Positions 27,921-43,022 of a stretch of DNA of 64,000 nucleotides are shown here, piece by piece. This DNA comes from Chrysomallon squamiferum (lineage: Eukaryota; Animalia; Mollusca). The stretch covers positions 5,704,001 through 5,768,000 of the forward strand of contig CM022674.1 in NCBI GenBank assembly GCA_012295275.1, read 5' to 3'. A program made the position numbers and the translations under genes. The notes below the pieces were generated by a model. The model worked only from the letters and a program-made list of their open reading frames with translations, did no database searches and was not told where the DNA came from. Each line of letters starts with the position of its first letter. Position 1 is the stretch's first letter.

Positions 27921-28176
27921 ATTCCTAAGCGCGGAGGGTAATGGACTTGTATATCCAAGCCTAGAAAAGAGTAATCTTGTGTTCCTACGCAAAGAGAAGA
28001 ACAAATTTGTATTCCTACGCGTAGAGAGGTAAAGACGAATATACATAAGCGCGGAGAGGAATAAACTAGTATTCTTGAGCGCAGATAGGAATGAACTCGT
28101 ATCCCTATGCGAGGAAAAACTTGTATTCCTATGCGCGGACAGGAATAAGATCGTATTCCTAAGCGCAAAGAGGAAT
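27921..28176 (+). repeat. Degenerate 30-bp tandem array (9 units), consensus with internal inverted repeat ATTCCT-N10-AGGAAT, in the putative 3'UTR
   Basis: Units start at 27921, 27951, 27981, 28011, 28041, 28071, 28101 (24 bp), 28125 and 28155. Approximate consensus ATTCCTAAGCGCGGAGAGGAATAAACTTGT. Confidence 0.85.
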
Positions 28177-28272
28177 CTGATTTACGTAATATTCAGCTAA
28201 ATCTACTTCAATAATTTCAAGCTGCTGTGACGAAATGACGTTACTTGAAACTAACTGTGTAAAAAGATTATA

Positions 28273-28283
28273 AATAAAATAAA
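28273..28283 (+). terminator. Candidate polyadenylation signal (overlapping AATAAA x2) of the type II membrane protein gene
   Basis: aataaaataaa ~420 nt after the stop, followed by GT/T-rich sequence. Confidence 0.45.
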
Positions 28284-28647
28284 TGTTATTTGTGATACTA
28301 GCACGTTTGCTAATACAGTGTTCTTGTTCTTATTGGTAGACTAAATAGACTGTGTCACGTTTTGTGTGTTTTTGGGGATAATTTGTGTTTATGAGAAGCA
28401 TTTTCGAATATTTAAAAATTTTCTTTGATGTTATTTTGGATATTATAAATTTATAAATGTTTGTTTCAAGCTGCCATATTTATATTAATTTTCTATAAAA
28501 CATTTATTTTAATATAACTTTAAGGTAACGTTTTTTTTTCGGAAATTTACATTTATCAGGAAATTTATTATAATTTATGTTTCTAAGGGGCATTTTTAGT
28601 GTTGAACGTTTATTTAATACAATTTTGAAAATAATGTAATGTCAACT

Positions 28648-28682
<35 letters not shown>

Positions 28683-29092
28683 CTTTCTTTATTTATCATC
28701 AAACAGAAATAAAATTTCTTACCTTCGACGTTTTTCTTTTTCTTTTTTTGGACAATTTCATTTGTGACATTATTTTTTTTGTTTATATTATATACATTTT
28801 TTGAAAATACATGTTACTTGTTCGTTTTTCGTAAAATTCAAATATTAGAAATTTCTTGGGTGTTTTTTTCACCCACTTTGAAGATGGTTTTGTATTTTCG
28901 AGGTATTTCTGTTTGATATTTTCTTTACTTCACATGTAATGCATTTATCAATCATATCATATTGGCTGTTTTGTGAAAATCTTCACGTTCGTAAGTTTCT
29001 TTTTCTGTTTTATTTAAATCATAAATGTGATCCTTGACACGTTTGTTTTCAGGAATCACCATTGATATATTTTCACTTTGTATTTAAAACAT

Positions 29093-29131
<39 letters not shown>

Positions 29132-29395
29132 TACTTTCTATATTATTCTATCCTTTTTTTTTTTTTTTTTTATTACTATTACTTTTTTTATTTATTTTTC
29201 CACTGACTTTGGATATATTCTAAATCTTTATGATAACTTTTATTATTAAAATCATTTTATTATGTAATACGTAAAGATTTTTTTTGATATTATTTTGACT
29301 TTTCATTCATTTTTTTTTTTTTTTTTTTTTGTAAAAAAAAAAAAAAATAAAAAAATCATTATGATCTCTTCACTTCAGTATTATTATTATTATTG

Positions 29396-29457
<62 letters not shown>

Positions 29458-30509
29458 GAACCTTCTTACCTGGATCTTTGTTACTATTTTTGACAATCGT
29501 AGACCAGAAATGCTTTTGTGATGACGTCATAAACAAAAACACGTCGGCAGTGATTATTGCAAGAAACCTTTATGTCATTACATAGAATCTTTTGAAAAAA
29601 AAAAAAAAATGAAATGTGGCATTAAAATAAGTGATTTTTATTATTAACAAAACTGCTGTGTGAAAAGTTAATGATCAAGGGAAACCTTTATTTAATTTCT
29701 TTGCCTTGCAAGGTATTTTGAATAATGACACTGTTGTTCTTGTAACTGCTGATATTATTGTAAAAATGTTTATTTATGTTCCATTAAACGTTTCAGTAAA
29801 TATAACGACTTTCTTTATAATTAATTATCTGAACTGACTGTTAATTAATTAACAGAATTATTAACTGCAAGTTTTGTTTTACAAATTCTTACCCCTTTAA
29901 TTGAACGGTATTGTTTTAAAATCATATAACTAATATTTACAGGTAAATAACTATACACATTCGCAAATATTTTCATGCATAATTACACATACCACATATG
30001 CGTACAGGCATACACACCCATGCATATGCGTCAATTCGCACATACTAACCTACATACCTACTTACATACAAACATACATACGTTAGTATAACAATGCACA
30101 CAGATACCTACATGTGTGCATACATAACAAAATACATGCATGAGTACACACATACACTTATATACATACATACAAACATAGACACATTTAAATATCTGCA
30201 TTCATAAAATAAACTATAAACTAATGTATCGCTAAACGTGTACATTGTCAGCAGGTATAATATATTAGGCCTGTACGTAAAAGCAATACATTTGTGGTCG
30301 TTCAAGCCAAAATGATACAAGCCAGGTAAGTGCATGCGTGACTGATCTAAATAACGAGAAAAAAATATTACTCGTAACAATATAAATATTATAATAATAA
30401 ATATAGAAACTTTTTTCTTTTTTTTTTAGATAAATTATTTTTGTTTGTTTAATTATACCTTTAATTTTTTTTCTTCATTCTGTCATTTATCATTATTATT
30501 ACTTTATTA

Positions 30510-30554
<45 letters not shown>

Positions 30555-30996
30555 GTTCGACATTCTGTCTCAGATTAAAAAAAGGAAACACGTAGGTAAG
30601 CAAATAATTCAGAAATGATAAAACAGGGGGCGAAAAAAAAAAGAACAATATCAGCAACAACAACCAAAACAAAAATAAATAATAATATATTAAAGTTAGG
30701 TCTTCAGTGATAAAAATAATAATTTAAGAAAAGGCATTTCCCCAATAGGACATGAAGCTTTTGTGAAACAATTCTCAAAGATGAGCTTAATTATAACTGT
30801 TGAAATAAAAAAGAGTATCACCTAAAATAAAAATACAAAAATCGGAAGAAAAGAGAAGAAGAAGAAGAAGAAGAAGAACAAATTAACTTACTACAACCCA
30901 GTTTTGTCACTGCGGACATAAATGCATTTAATACGTCAAAAACACAGAATATTAATATAATATTGGAAAAATAACACGAACAGAATGTTCGTGTCA

Positions 30997-31064
<68 letters not shown>

Positions 31065-31415
31065 TTTGTTGAAACATTTGAAACTTAATTAATAATTAAA
31101 GACCGTTGTGAATTAAATAAGCCTACAAAAAACTGTAGTTAATTTTATGAAATTCGTGGACCCGTATGGTAAACAATGACGACATTTCTTGATATAAAAT
31201 TACAGTAATTTGGAGCAATATTTGGACGCTACTGCAAAAGAATACTGTATTATTAAATACATTAAAGCAATAGATAATAATATTAATTAAAAAATAAAAA
31301 TCATTCATCACATAAATCCGTATCTGATATTTTCATTTTCTAACCAGTATACCAAAATCTTGATTTCTGATTTATTTGAAGATTTTTTATTTATTTATTT
31401 ATTTATTTATGTATT

Positions 31416-31511
<96 letters not shown>

Positions 31512-31746
31512 ATATGAACAAATCTGTTTATGTGTGTGATGTATTTAAATTAAAACTTGTGTAGTGAATGAATGTTGAATATTTGTGGCATTAAATTATC
31601 TGCATATAAAACTGAGTTTGTTTAGTTGTTTCTGTTTTATATTTGACATTTCTTTTTTCTTTTTACGTCAGTTTTGCAACAAAAACAACAACAAACAAAA
31701 GACAAAAAAAAAAACCAACATTTATCTATTTATCTATTTATTTATT

Positions 31747-31821
<75 letters not shown>

Positions 31822-31877
31822 AGTTATTGTTTTAAGCCAGATATTCATGTCAAAGTCATTTCTAATTAGTAAATAAT

Positions 31878-31964
<87 letters not shown>

Positions 31965-32373
31965 TAATAATAAGATGATGAAGAAGAAAAAAGCAACAGT
32001 AGTATTAATAATATATGCAATATATCTGCTGTCTGACTGTTTTTCTTCTCTATTAGGATGAGTGAAGTCAATTTGCCATTAGTTATGTGTATATGTGTTT
32101 AATTTCAGTCAAGTCAGTCTACTCCTGAAAGGGCTCGATTTTAACTGATTTTACCGGAATTTTTGATAATTTAAAAAAAAAAAAAAAAAAAAAAAATTCC
32201 ATTGTTACTTCATTTTCTGCAGCATTTTAACATACAATCTAAATATTTTAACTGCATGTTAAGAATTACATTATCAACAATTTAATAAAACGAAAGGTGG
32301 ATTGAGACCTTTCAAGCGTAGCATTAAGTCTCTCGTAAAGGGAGGACAGTCTAGTAAAACACGCATGGCTAGA

Positions 32374-32397
32374 ACTTCCGGTTGTATTTTTCACGTG
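32374..32397 (+). promoter_or_regulatory. NIP7 proximal promoter/5' motifs: ETS core (ACTTCCGG) and E-box (CACGTG)
   Basis: acttccgg at 32374-32381 and cacgtg at 32392-32397, 30-50 nt before the ATG; typical of ribosome-biogenesis (Myc-regulated) genes. Confidence 0.5.
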
Positions 32398-32426
32398 TGT
32401 TTATTTACAAACCAGTAGTTTTCACA

Positions 32427-35184
32427 ATGAGGCCTTTAACTGATGAGGAAACAAAACTATTCTTCGAAAAGTTGTCAAAATAGTAAGTATTTTAAATTAA
32501 AATCTTCTGAAGGAGATAAGTTTCTCGAACAAGTGAAATGCATAAAAATAAAATAAAGAAAGTGATCCAAAGTATCTCGGATTCTCACGATTCTTGGCCG
32601 TCTGCCTTCTCAATTCTGAATTCGTAGCCATAATCCAGTGTTTACGTTTCGCTAAACTTTTTGTTGTTTCTGATTTGAGTTTTAATTATTTTCAGTATTG
32701 GTGAGAATATCAAGCTTCTTTTGGAAAGGCCAGATGGTACCTACTGTTTCCGCTTGCATAAAGAGAGGGTATTTTATGTTAGGTAACAAAAAAACATTTA
32801 TAATTATATAATATAATATATATATAAATTATAATAATTAATATTAAATACATATCTTGAATATGTATCATATTTCATTATTAACTCATGGATTATTACT
32901 GTGGTTGTTGTCGTCATTCTTATTATTATTATTAATCAGCTGTATTCCCTTCTTTCTATTTCAATTATGGAATAATAATAATTTATTTTAATATTTAATT
33001 CAAAATTTTGATTGATTGTTTGACTTATTTATATAATAATGCAGATACATAACAATATTAAACTACATAAATACATTAAAAGAATAGCACAAGAAAATGA
33101 AAACGTATTTCCACTATCATCCAGGAAACTGTTCGTGTTCTAAAATTATTTCTTCTGTGTATCATAAAGCAGTTCACCTACACGTACCCCTGCACACACA
33201 CACACACACACACACAGTGAGACAGAAAGACACAATCTACATACACAGTCCTACACATATTTAAATATTTGTTGAAAATATTGTTGATGAACATGTAATT
33301 ATTTGTAAATAATGTTGTAGCCTCACCAACAGCTATTATTATTAATTAAACTATTATTTAGGGAAGAACTGATGAAGAGAGCTGGAAACATTGCCAGAGA
33401 CAATCTGCTTTCCATGGGAACATGTTTTGGTAAATTCACAAAAAGTGGAAAATTTCGTTTACACATCACAGCACTTGATTATCTTGCTCCTTATGCCAAG
33501 GTAAGTTCCAAAATCATAAATAAATAAATAAATAAATGGTTAGAGTATACAGTATCTCAGATTTTAGAACATGAGGTATAACCACCAGAAAACAAGGGTG
33601 TAAGACCTTTTTTTTTTTTTTATATATATATACAGCTTATGTGGATATCTGCAGGAATTTTTATATAATATTTGTATTAATTTCGTTCATTTGTAAGATA
33701 GCTCAAGTCCTGGATTTTGGAAATTTGGACAAGAATTCACACTCTGCAATAACATTTTAAAAGCAACTATACTATAAATTTAAGAATATTTATCCAACCA
33801 GTAAAAACTGACAATTCCTCACAAGCAAAAACATATTAGGATTTGTACTTTTAACTGCAATCAAATAAAAATAAACTTAATTAACCTGAACTGCATAAAT
33901 AAAAAATTTAACAAAAGAAATAAATTATATATATATATATATAATAGAATGTCTTGTCTTAACCCTTAAAACCATCCCAGCCTCTGTTGTTGTGAAACAT
34001 ACAAGATTCCAAGAGTAACAAAGGGAATTCATTTGATACATTTTAACTGATCACCATTTTAAACTCTTGTACAAAATTGTCCATCTTGCCATTTGGGCAC
34101 CAGAACTGACTCATTTGTCATTAAATATGTCACCCTTAACTTTAACTTCGAGATACGTTTGATTTTTGTACATAATTGTTCACTTTTCTCATTTTTACAG
34201 TACAAAGTCTGGTTGAAGTCAAGTGCTGAACAACAGTTTCTGTATGGCCATCATGTGATGAAATCTGGACTTGGAAGAATAACAGAAGACACACAACAGT
34301 ATCAAGGAATTGTGATCTACAGCATGAATGATCTCCCTTTAGTGAGTTATTTCCCTTCCATTAGTGATACTTCTATAGTTTGGATAATAATTGATTCTAC
34401 TTAATGGTTAAAACAGAATTTCAAAATCTTTGGAGTGATTTTGATTTGCTTTTTAAATACATAAATCAAAAATGGAATAAACTGTAAAATGTTTAAACAA
34501 AAAGATATATTCTTAATAAATATAGCTGTCTTATGTTGAGTTTTTGAAATTTTATCACTTGTTTATGAAATCTAATCAGAACTTGTCTACAGTTTAAGAA
34601 AAAAGAATGGAAAATTATATTATTTTAGAAATAATATATTAGATTCTGGATTTTAAGACAAGATATTCTTCTTGCTGTTATTTGTGAAATATAAACAAAT
34701 CTAATTTTGGATTTATTTTGGTTACATATCTGAATGCTGAATTATTTTTAATTTTATTTATATATTAAATCTTCTGGCAGATATTATGGTGTTTATTACA
34801 ATGATATTTATACATATTTTTTATATAGGTAAATGTATTGCCTATTCTTTTCATGTTTCCAGGCTTAAAAAAACCTGCAATGTACAATTTACTTGCCTAT
34901 CTATATATATGCCAAAATTACCAAATGATAAAAAAATACTAACTGAAATAAAACAACCATTTTCCTAACAAATATAAACCAGAAAAAAAATGGTAACATT
35001 TATACAGGAATCACATAGTTTTATTGTTTAATTCTTCATCTTAATTGAGAACCTTTTTTTTCAGGGTTTTGGCGTTGCTGCTAAATCAACACAAGAATGT
35101 CGCAGTGCAGATCCAATGACAATTGTAGCATTTCACCAAGCAGATATTGGAGAATATATAAGAAATGAAGATGGCATTATTTGA
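32427..35184 (+). CDS. NIP7: 60S ribosome subunit biogenesis protein NIP7 homolog (180 aa)
   Basis: Exons 32427-32482, 32696-32782, 33362-33500, 34201-34341, 35065-35184 (543 nt). Translation [47 protein letters not shown]...[59 protein letters not shown]...[13 protein letters not shown]...[17 protein letters not shown], the highly conserved NIP7 sequence. Confidence 0.98.
34827..35004 (+). repeat. Interspersed repeat copy in NIP7 intron 4 (matches 42337-42560)
   Basis: Shares tgcctattcttttcatgtt.ccaggct...ctgcaatgtaca.tttactt...tgccaaaattaccaaatgat.aaaaatactaactgaaataaaa...taacaaatataaaccagaaaaaaa..gtaacatttata with 42337-42560. Confidence 0.8.
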
Positions 35185-38100
35185 TAATTAATTGTATTTG
35201 TGTTTGTCTCATTTGTCATTGTAAATATTTTTTTCATTATAAATATTTTCAAAATCATTTGGTTTAGTTTTCATTTTATTTTTATTAAAAATATTATGGT
35301 TTTGTTATTTCTGAAAAATGAGATAGTGGTTAACTTTTTTAAATCCAAAACATAATATATGATACACAGATACATTAAAATTATAAAGGTATGTTCTGAT
35401 TAAAAAAATGAAGAATGATTAATGAAAGGCAAACTATAAACTTGAAAATCTACATGCTATATTTTTTTGAAACACATTTAACTGGATTTGGATATAGATT
35501 GTCAGAACCTTGTGAAAGTAATTTGAGGAAGCAGTTTAAATTGGTAGTTTCCATTTTAACCAACAAAAACCAAAACATGCTTTCAGGCTGTTTTATTTTA
35601 AAAATTACAAACAGAAAAATTACATTAAAAGTTTATTCAGCAAAATAATATTGTATACATCCCAGAAATCTTTAAAATTAAATACATACCTGATAAACAT
35701 TACAGATTTTAAAAATATATATATTTAAATGATATATCTTTGTAAAAATGTAAATGATCATGTAAATAAATAATCAAAAAACAAAACAAAATTTTATATA
35801 TTGCTGGTAATGGGCTAAAATGTGCTGAATTTGTATTTATTTAAATTTTACAAATATCTACAAAAACAGTTTCAAGGATACTTTAAAGTATTTTAAACAG
35901 ACCCCTAAAAAATAAGTTAAAAAATAAACCACTAATGAAGTCAAATTTTTGTGAAATTATTTGCAATTATCAAAATCTATATATTGTGGGTAAAAAAGTT
36001 TATACTAAAACTCTTTATAATAATTTTTTTTATGATTGAATATTAATGAAGTTTTAGCAAACAAAATAACATTAAACATCTACATACTTCAGTTTAAAAA
36101 TATAAATAAATAAATAATAAATAAAAATTAAAATAATTATATTTAAAAAAAAGTTCTAAACAATCCTTGAAACAGTGATTTTAGTACTTTATTAGCAGAA
36201 CAGTATAAACCATTTTTTAATTTTGTTTTTATTATTAGACTCTCATTACAGTGAAATTATGCACAGTATTTTATTGAAACCTCAAGTATACTTATAAACA
36301 AAAAAATATTTTGTAGAAAGTAGCAGATAAAAACCTAAAAATGACAGTTCCCAGTTTTAAGCCAAATTAATTTGTAGTAGCTTTATGAAACTGGTAGGTG
36401 GCATCATCATATGGTTTGGCTACATACCTAGGCAGTTCTTTTTATAAATAAGGTTTCATATGTTAAACTGCATATTTAGCAATTCTGTTTTGTCAATTTA
36501 AAAATATTCTTAAGTTTTAAATTAAAGCAGAAAAAAAAACAACTAAAACTCACCACCAAATCATAGAAATGTAAAAAAAATAGAGCTGAAGACTGAAACT
36601 GCTGCTCTAAGCAGATTTAACTATTATACAAATGATTGATAAGATATTCCATAAATAATTGCTTGCTTTGAATCTTTTCCAGAGTTTGTTTGTAATCCTG
36701 AACAATCCACATACTGATTTACAAAAAGAATGCAGAATACAGGAAATCTACCGATATCGAAATATTAAAATGTATAAAGTAATGAATGATTGAATAATGA
36801 TATTTAAATAAATAAATTGTATTAGTTATTATGTATGAAGATAGGTAAAGAAATAAAGAAACAAAGAAAAGTAAAAAATATTTGCAAAAAATAACAAATC
36901 CCATTCATCATCAACATCTTATTATGTTTCCTGTCTATTACAGAATTACACTGATATTGACAAATTAAATGGTTGTATGTTATGAAGAAAGCCAAATGAT
37001 TTACAAGAAGAAAAGGAAACTTAAAAAAACAATACTAAAAACCAGAACTCCATCCCACAAGTCTTTTTCAACTGTCATATATGTTTATGTGGCACCACTG
37101 CCAAGTCTGCATCAATACTGATGGCAGTCACATTCTCTCTGTGAATTTACTTTTTGTACCAACCCTCTTTCGAGCAGTGGCTAGTGTTAACATGTAATGA
37201 TTCTGAGTTTAGATTTGCAATGAACATTTATAACACAGGCTGCCAAATACCATCTTGCTATTTTCTAAACAAGTATAAATATATTTATACAGGTAATTTA
37301 TGGCAACTAAGGCCAGACTTAAAAAAACAACAACAACCAAACAAAATAAAAAAACATAGAAATAAAATCAAATACATGTTTAGTAATCACACCCAACCAG
37401 AGAAATGCCATAGACCTTCAAATACTTTTTATTTAAAAAAAAAAACCCACACTTCAATCAAAGTGTTAAAACTAACCTAACAATGATTGTGTGCATTTTT
37501 ATAACAACTGTGCAGTCACTGTATACAATGCAGACAAGTGCCTCTATTGTTAAGAAGAATTGCTCTTAAACACTACAATAATTTGTAATGATGAGGCACA
37601 AAGTTTAGGAAATCTTTTGGATGGAAGGAACTTACAGAATTCTGGAATACAGATTTGAACCGTCAACCGTCTCTTATGATTGCAAGGTTGTGAAATGAGC
37701 AGTTATCATTTGCAAGCTGCTCTGCTGCAATAAAACTTTATATCTGAATCCTGAAGAGAATGGCTCAGCTTATTCAGGTGGTCTAACAGATTAATGAGGA
37801 ATGTTAGGATATACAAATGGGATCACCAAGTTCAGAATGTTTGTTTCCTTTCATTGCCAAAAAAACAGCTTTAAAGTGTGCGACATAGGAGTCAGTTTCA
37901 AAATCATTCAAATGAGCTACCACTATCATTAACACTTCATGTTATTTCAATTATCAATGAAAAAAAAAATAGTCTACCAGACTTTTGTTTTTCTTTTTTT
38001 TTGGTGCAGAAGTGATCAAGGTTCTTATGTAAGTCAACAGAATTATCTGTACCTGTAACTGTTATTTTTACAAATGTTTCATTACAATTTCACTTCATTT

Positions 38101-38637
38101 TCATTTAATTTTTCTTTTTCCTTTATTAACCAACATGTAATATTGATCTACAGTAGGAATAAGCGATCAGAAGAATGCAATTATCTGTCATCCTAGTGAT
38201 CCCAAAGACATTCAGTTAGAGATGGTCCATTTGAATTGTTTTAATTTTAAATCTTAAGTTTATAAAGCTACAGTTTACAAAATTTCAAGATTAGAAAGCA
38301 AAATGAATGCCAAACGACAACTTCCACATTATGTATTTCAGATAGTTTTTGTTATATTATCCTTAAGCATGGGAAATTATGAAAAACACTTCCCATATGA
38401 AAAGTCCATTAGAAGTAACAACAAATCCTACAAAAAAAGCACACTGTCAGTGATGAAGGTTTGAGTCAGTTTTATAAAACTACATTAGCAGTTGTTTCTT
38501 CAAAAAGACATGATGTCTGCACTTTGAGTGTTGTGTTTTATGATGTTTTATTAATTAAAGGAGATATTTAAACAATAAAAACAAATAAATAAAAACATAA
38601 AAATAAATAAATAAAATAAAACAACAACAACAACAAC

Positions 38638-38695
<58 letters not shown>

Positions 38696-39080
38696 TATTT
38701 AAATCCTTTAAATATTAAAAATAAACAGAAAGCATCCAATTATATTGGAGTTACAGACCATATAAGATATATGCAAACATAATGGTGAGTACTTCTAGGA
38801 ATACAGTGATTTTCTTTATGAATTGTAATATATATTTGCCACAAACAGAGAACAGTTATGTAAAACTTACAGGAACGTTCTAAATAAATGACTGTTTAAC
38901 AACATCCCAGCATTCAAAGAATTTCAAATGTTTAAACAATAATTATAAAACAGACTAATTTTACAAAGATTAATGAGCTTTTCTGGTAAACTTCTTGCAT
39001 CAGACAGACATATATTATATCTACAGTTTCATTTTTCAAGAGTAGGCCAACACAGCGTATATGAATTGGAGATATAAAGA

Positions 39081-39657
39081 TAAATGTGAATAAAACAATG
39101 GCAATATTTTACACTGTAAATTATATCAGTACTACAAATACTGGAATCTGTATAATTACAGATAATTTCAACTAAAGACAACTGTGCATAAAGCCAGTGG
39201 CAACTATCTTAAAACAGAACTAATATCAGTTTTAAATATAAATTTTTGATAAATATTTACTATTTACTGACAAAGAAATGATGCAAAGCTAAGAAGGAAG
39301 AGATTTTTCAGAACCAACTTTCAGAGTTAGCATTAGAATAATACTGTGTTGCTGACTGTCTGTCAGAGTAAATGTGAATAAAACAATGGCAATATTTTAC
39401 ACTGTAAATTATATCAGTACTACAAATACTGGAATCTGTATAATTACAGATAATTTCGACTAAAGACAACTGTGGATAAAGCCAGCGGCAACTATCTTAA
39501 AACAGAACTAATATCAGTTTTAAATATAAATTTTTGATAAATATTTACTATTTACTGATAAAGAAATGATGCAAAGCTAAGAAGGAAGAGATTTTTCAGA
39601 ACCAACTTTCAGAGTTAGCATTAGAATAATACTGTGTTACTGACTGTCTGTCAGAGT
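39081..39657. repeat. Recent 288-bp tandem duplication (2 near-identical copies)
   Basis: taaatgtgaataaaacaatggc... starts at 39081 and at 39369; only ~5 substitutions seen between copies. Confidence 0.9.
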
Positions 39658-42336
39658 CAAATAATAACCCAGCTCATCTCCAAGCCTTTTACACAACATG
39701 TTTCCATTTCGTGTGATTACAATAATGAACCAGTTACTGGGGATGAACTTGTTTTTTCAGATTTGTATTCATTTATATTTGTTTGACAAACAAATGGTAA
39801 AACTGCTGATCATAGCTAAAGATGATGGCCTAAAAGCATGAAGACTTAATACTGAAGAAGAAATACACAAGGAATAGAAAAGAAATGAAACTGAACAGAA
39901 GCAAAATAAGCCAGTGAGATGTTGGGAAAAGGCTAAAGAGTATGTAAATATAGAGAAGATAAGTGTATGATATAAATGAGCTGCTTTATTTACAGATAAC
40001 AAAAGCTAAAGAGAAGATCCCAGTACTACCATAATGGTAGAAACTTCTATAATTTAAAGAATATCTAACGAAGTAAGCAATCAAGGATGCCATAACAATA
40101 TTCCTTGAGCCATAAATAAAGTGTTCAAGAAAAAGATACCAGACATACACAGCAGTTTTAATTACAGTATAAAAAGCAGAAGAACAAGATCTAAGGCTGG
40201 GGTGTCCACAAATGGGCATTTAAAACTACAGAAATGAAGCAAAATAAAACAAAATTTATTTTGCTCATTCAAAATGTAACATGAACTAATACGCAGCTTC
40301 AGCAGAGGAGTCAGTATCTCTTTCAAGAGGTAAGAGAGTTATCTTCCCATCAACCATCAAAATGTGGTGTCTCCAGAATCTTCACAGACTGATTAAAAAA
40401 AAAAAAAATCATGCTGCTGTCATTAAAAATATCTATAAGAAAGCATGAGGCTTTGTTGCCAAAAATAAAAAATGTTTTGTATGACTAGACAAAGTTGAAA
40501 AGACAAACTGAGTCCTCAACATAAAATGACAGACATTTCAGTACAGTTCAGTACCAACAAACCAGCAAAGGAGATTAACTTTCATGACTTCAGGCACCAG
40601 GAGAATGGAGTTCTCCAGTATCTGACTTTCACCTATTTTCATGTAACAACACAACTCCATATCCTATACTTATTTACACCTTCCAAGCATTCTTTTTTAC
40701 TTCTGTATTTTACAGAGTAGGCCTTTTTTTTGCACCTGTTTCTGATGAGCATACAATGTTTGAAAATCATTGACCTGAACAAAGATAATTTATGAGCTTT
40801 CAAAGATAGTAACATCAGTTCAAAGGATTTACAGTAGAAGAATTAACAGAAAAATGAAATTGCTGACATCAGTCCATGGAATAATAGTGTTTCTACAAAG
40901 TTTAGCAACAACTCTAATGAAGAAGAGGAAGAGAAAGTTATGGATCTGTGTGAAATGATCAACAAACTGGTAGATAAGACCAAAAGATATTTTGAACATG
41001 TCATTATAAAAAAGGGAAGGGTCCACTCTTGTCAAAATGTTTGAAATTCTGGCAGTGGAAACCAACAAATGTCTCAGAAATGAAAACTTTTCTTGCTATG
41101 CTGGTGTACACACAGGCCTTGTCATTTGAGGAGCTATCATATGTACTGGAGTGGTAACAATCTGATCAGTGTTGAGCCTCCAGATGCATAATGCATAGGA
41201 ACATTTTCAAATCTTCTCACATTTCTACATGCAGCAAAATTGTAACTTGAAAAATAAATTCTACTTCAATTTGTTTTGTTTCAAAAATGTATTCCACACA
41301 CCGCTATAAAATAAACCATCACTTTTGAACCTGTTTTGGGCAAATTTACTAAAAAAATATCAGCAAGAGAATAAGGCAAGTTAATATTTATAAAACAGTG
41401 ATCATCCATGGGACAATCTATTACAACAATTGGAAGCTGAGAAACCAAGGAAGTGTTCTACTTAGGAATTAGTGGAAGATGGAAGGAACCAATCAGTTCA
41501 TACAAGTGGAAAACTGAAATGCAACTAGTTAAAAAAAAAATAGAAAAATCTAATTTTATTTTTAAATCTTGTGTTGACTTATAAACCAGTCAGTGCATAT
41601 TAGTTCTTCAATTTATAGGGTATGTATGATATAATATTTAAAATAATGCATTCATGTAGATTAAGGCAAAAAGGTCTTGAACAGGAACCATACAAATTTT
41701 AATTTAATAAAATAAAAAAAAAGGAAGAAAAGGTAACAGAAAGGAATTGTTCAGCTTTGAATGCAATGTCAAAAGCCCATAAAACATAAAACCCAACCAA
41801 CAAAAATAGGTCTGAAGTATGCAGATTTCACCTCAGTTCAAAAATACATATCTGAACAGACAGAACAAAACCAAAATGAAAATAAAGTTGCAAAATAATT
41901 TCCTCAATTATGTACTTTTGGTAACAGAATAAACAACAGAATGATTAGCTGGCTTTGATGACAAAATCAAATGTCCATACAGGAACAGATTATTATAAAT
42001 ATTCAAGGACAGTAGACAGGAATTTATATTATACAGATTTGATCAAAAACAGAAAAAACTGAAAACTGGTGATTACAGCTATGACCATAGTGACTTTACA
42101 ATATGTATCACCAGTAAATATAAATGATACAGAAAATACTTAACTGAAAATAATGGAAAATTTGATGACGAAGTAACAGTTCTGCATTTTTCTTGGTTAA
42201 TGTTTAAAAATATACAATAAAAAAAATTCTTTTTTTATATGTTATGTCTGTGGAAATACTATAACAACAAAAATAATACCTGAACAATTAACAATTTTTT
42301 TTTTTTTTTTTTTTTATTTAATTATTTTTTTTATAC

Positions 42337-42560
42337 AGGTAAATAAACTGCCTATTCTTTTCATGTTACCAGGCTCCAAAAAAAGTAGGGAATAAATCTG
42401 CAATGTACAGTTTACTTTTTTTTTTAATTATTTAAATAGGCTTAACAAAAGAAGTGCCTAGATATGTGCCAAAATTACCAAATGATCAAAAATACTAACT
42501 GAAATAAAAGAACTATTTTGCTAACAAATATAAACCAGAAAAAAATTGTAACATTTATAT
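42337..42560 (+). repeat. Interspersed repeat copy (matches 34827-35004)
   Basis: Same repeat as 34827-35004; this copy carries internal insertions. Confidence 0.8.
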
Positions 42561-43022
42561 CAGAGTTTTAATTTCTAGTGCAATATACACTTTGTGAGTT
42601 ACGGATAGTTCAGCCATCACAGAATTCTTGTTATCCTAACTAGTCATTAGGAATGAAATATATGATTTTACAAAATCTTACCAATACCACAACAGATTTT
42701 TAATAAGACCTTTCATTTTAACATTACAGAAGAAACCTATTCAAATGTGCAGCATGAAAAGTCTTTTTAAATGTGGCTTTCCTAAGGCAGGAAAGCAACA
42801 TATATTGACAGTAACATATTATCAATTATCAAAAATTCATCTTAACAGAAAAGAATGCAACTAACCATCTCTCAAGGAGATGCTTACTTATTAATAACAA
42901 GAAACACGTTCCCACAGACATGAAAAAAAAAATACCTCTGATAAACCAGTAATGGGCTTAATGTGATGCATTCACAATTAAGTTTAAAAGATCAAACTTT
43001 TATTGCTTAGAGTCAGCTACTA

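Noticed and set aside
27921-28176. CRISPR-like array (palindromic ~30-bp repeats)
   Set aside because: Units are adjacent with no unique spacers, there are no cas genes, and the context is eukaryotic; it is a minisatellite.
39760-40225. Possible decayed LINE reverse transcriptase (purine-rich stretch ending in LRLGCPQ)
   Set aside because: Only a GCPQ tetrapeptide resembles the RT motif and the frames are full of stops; not supportable without a repeat search.
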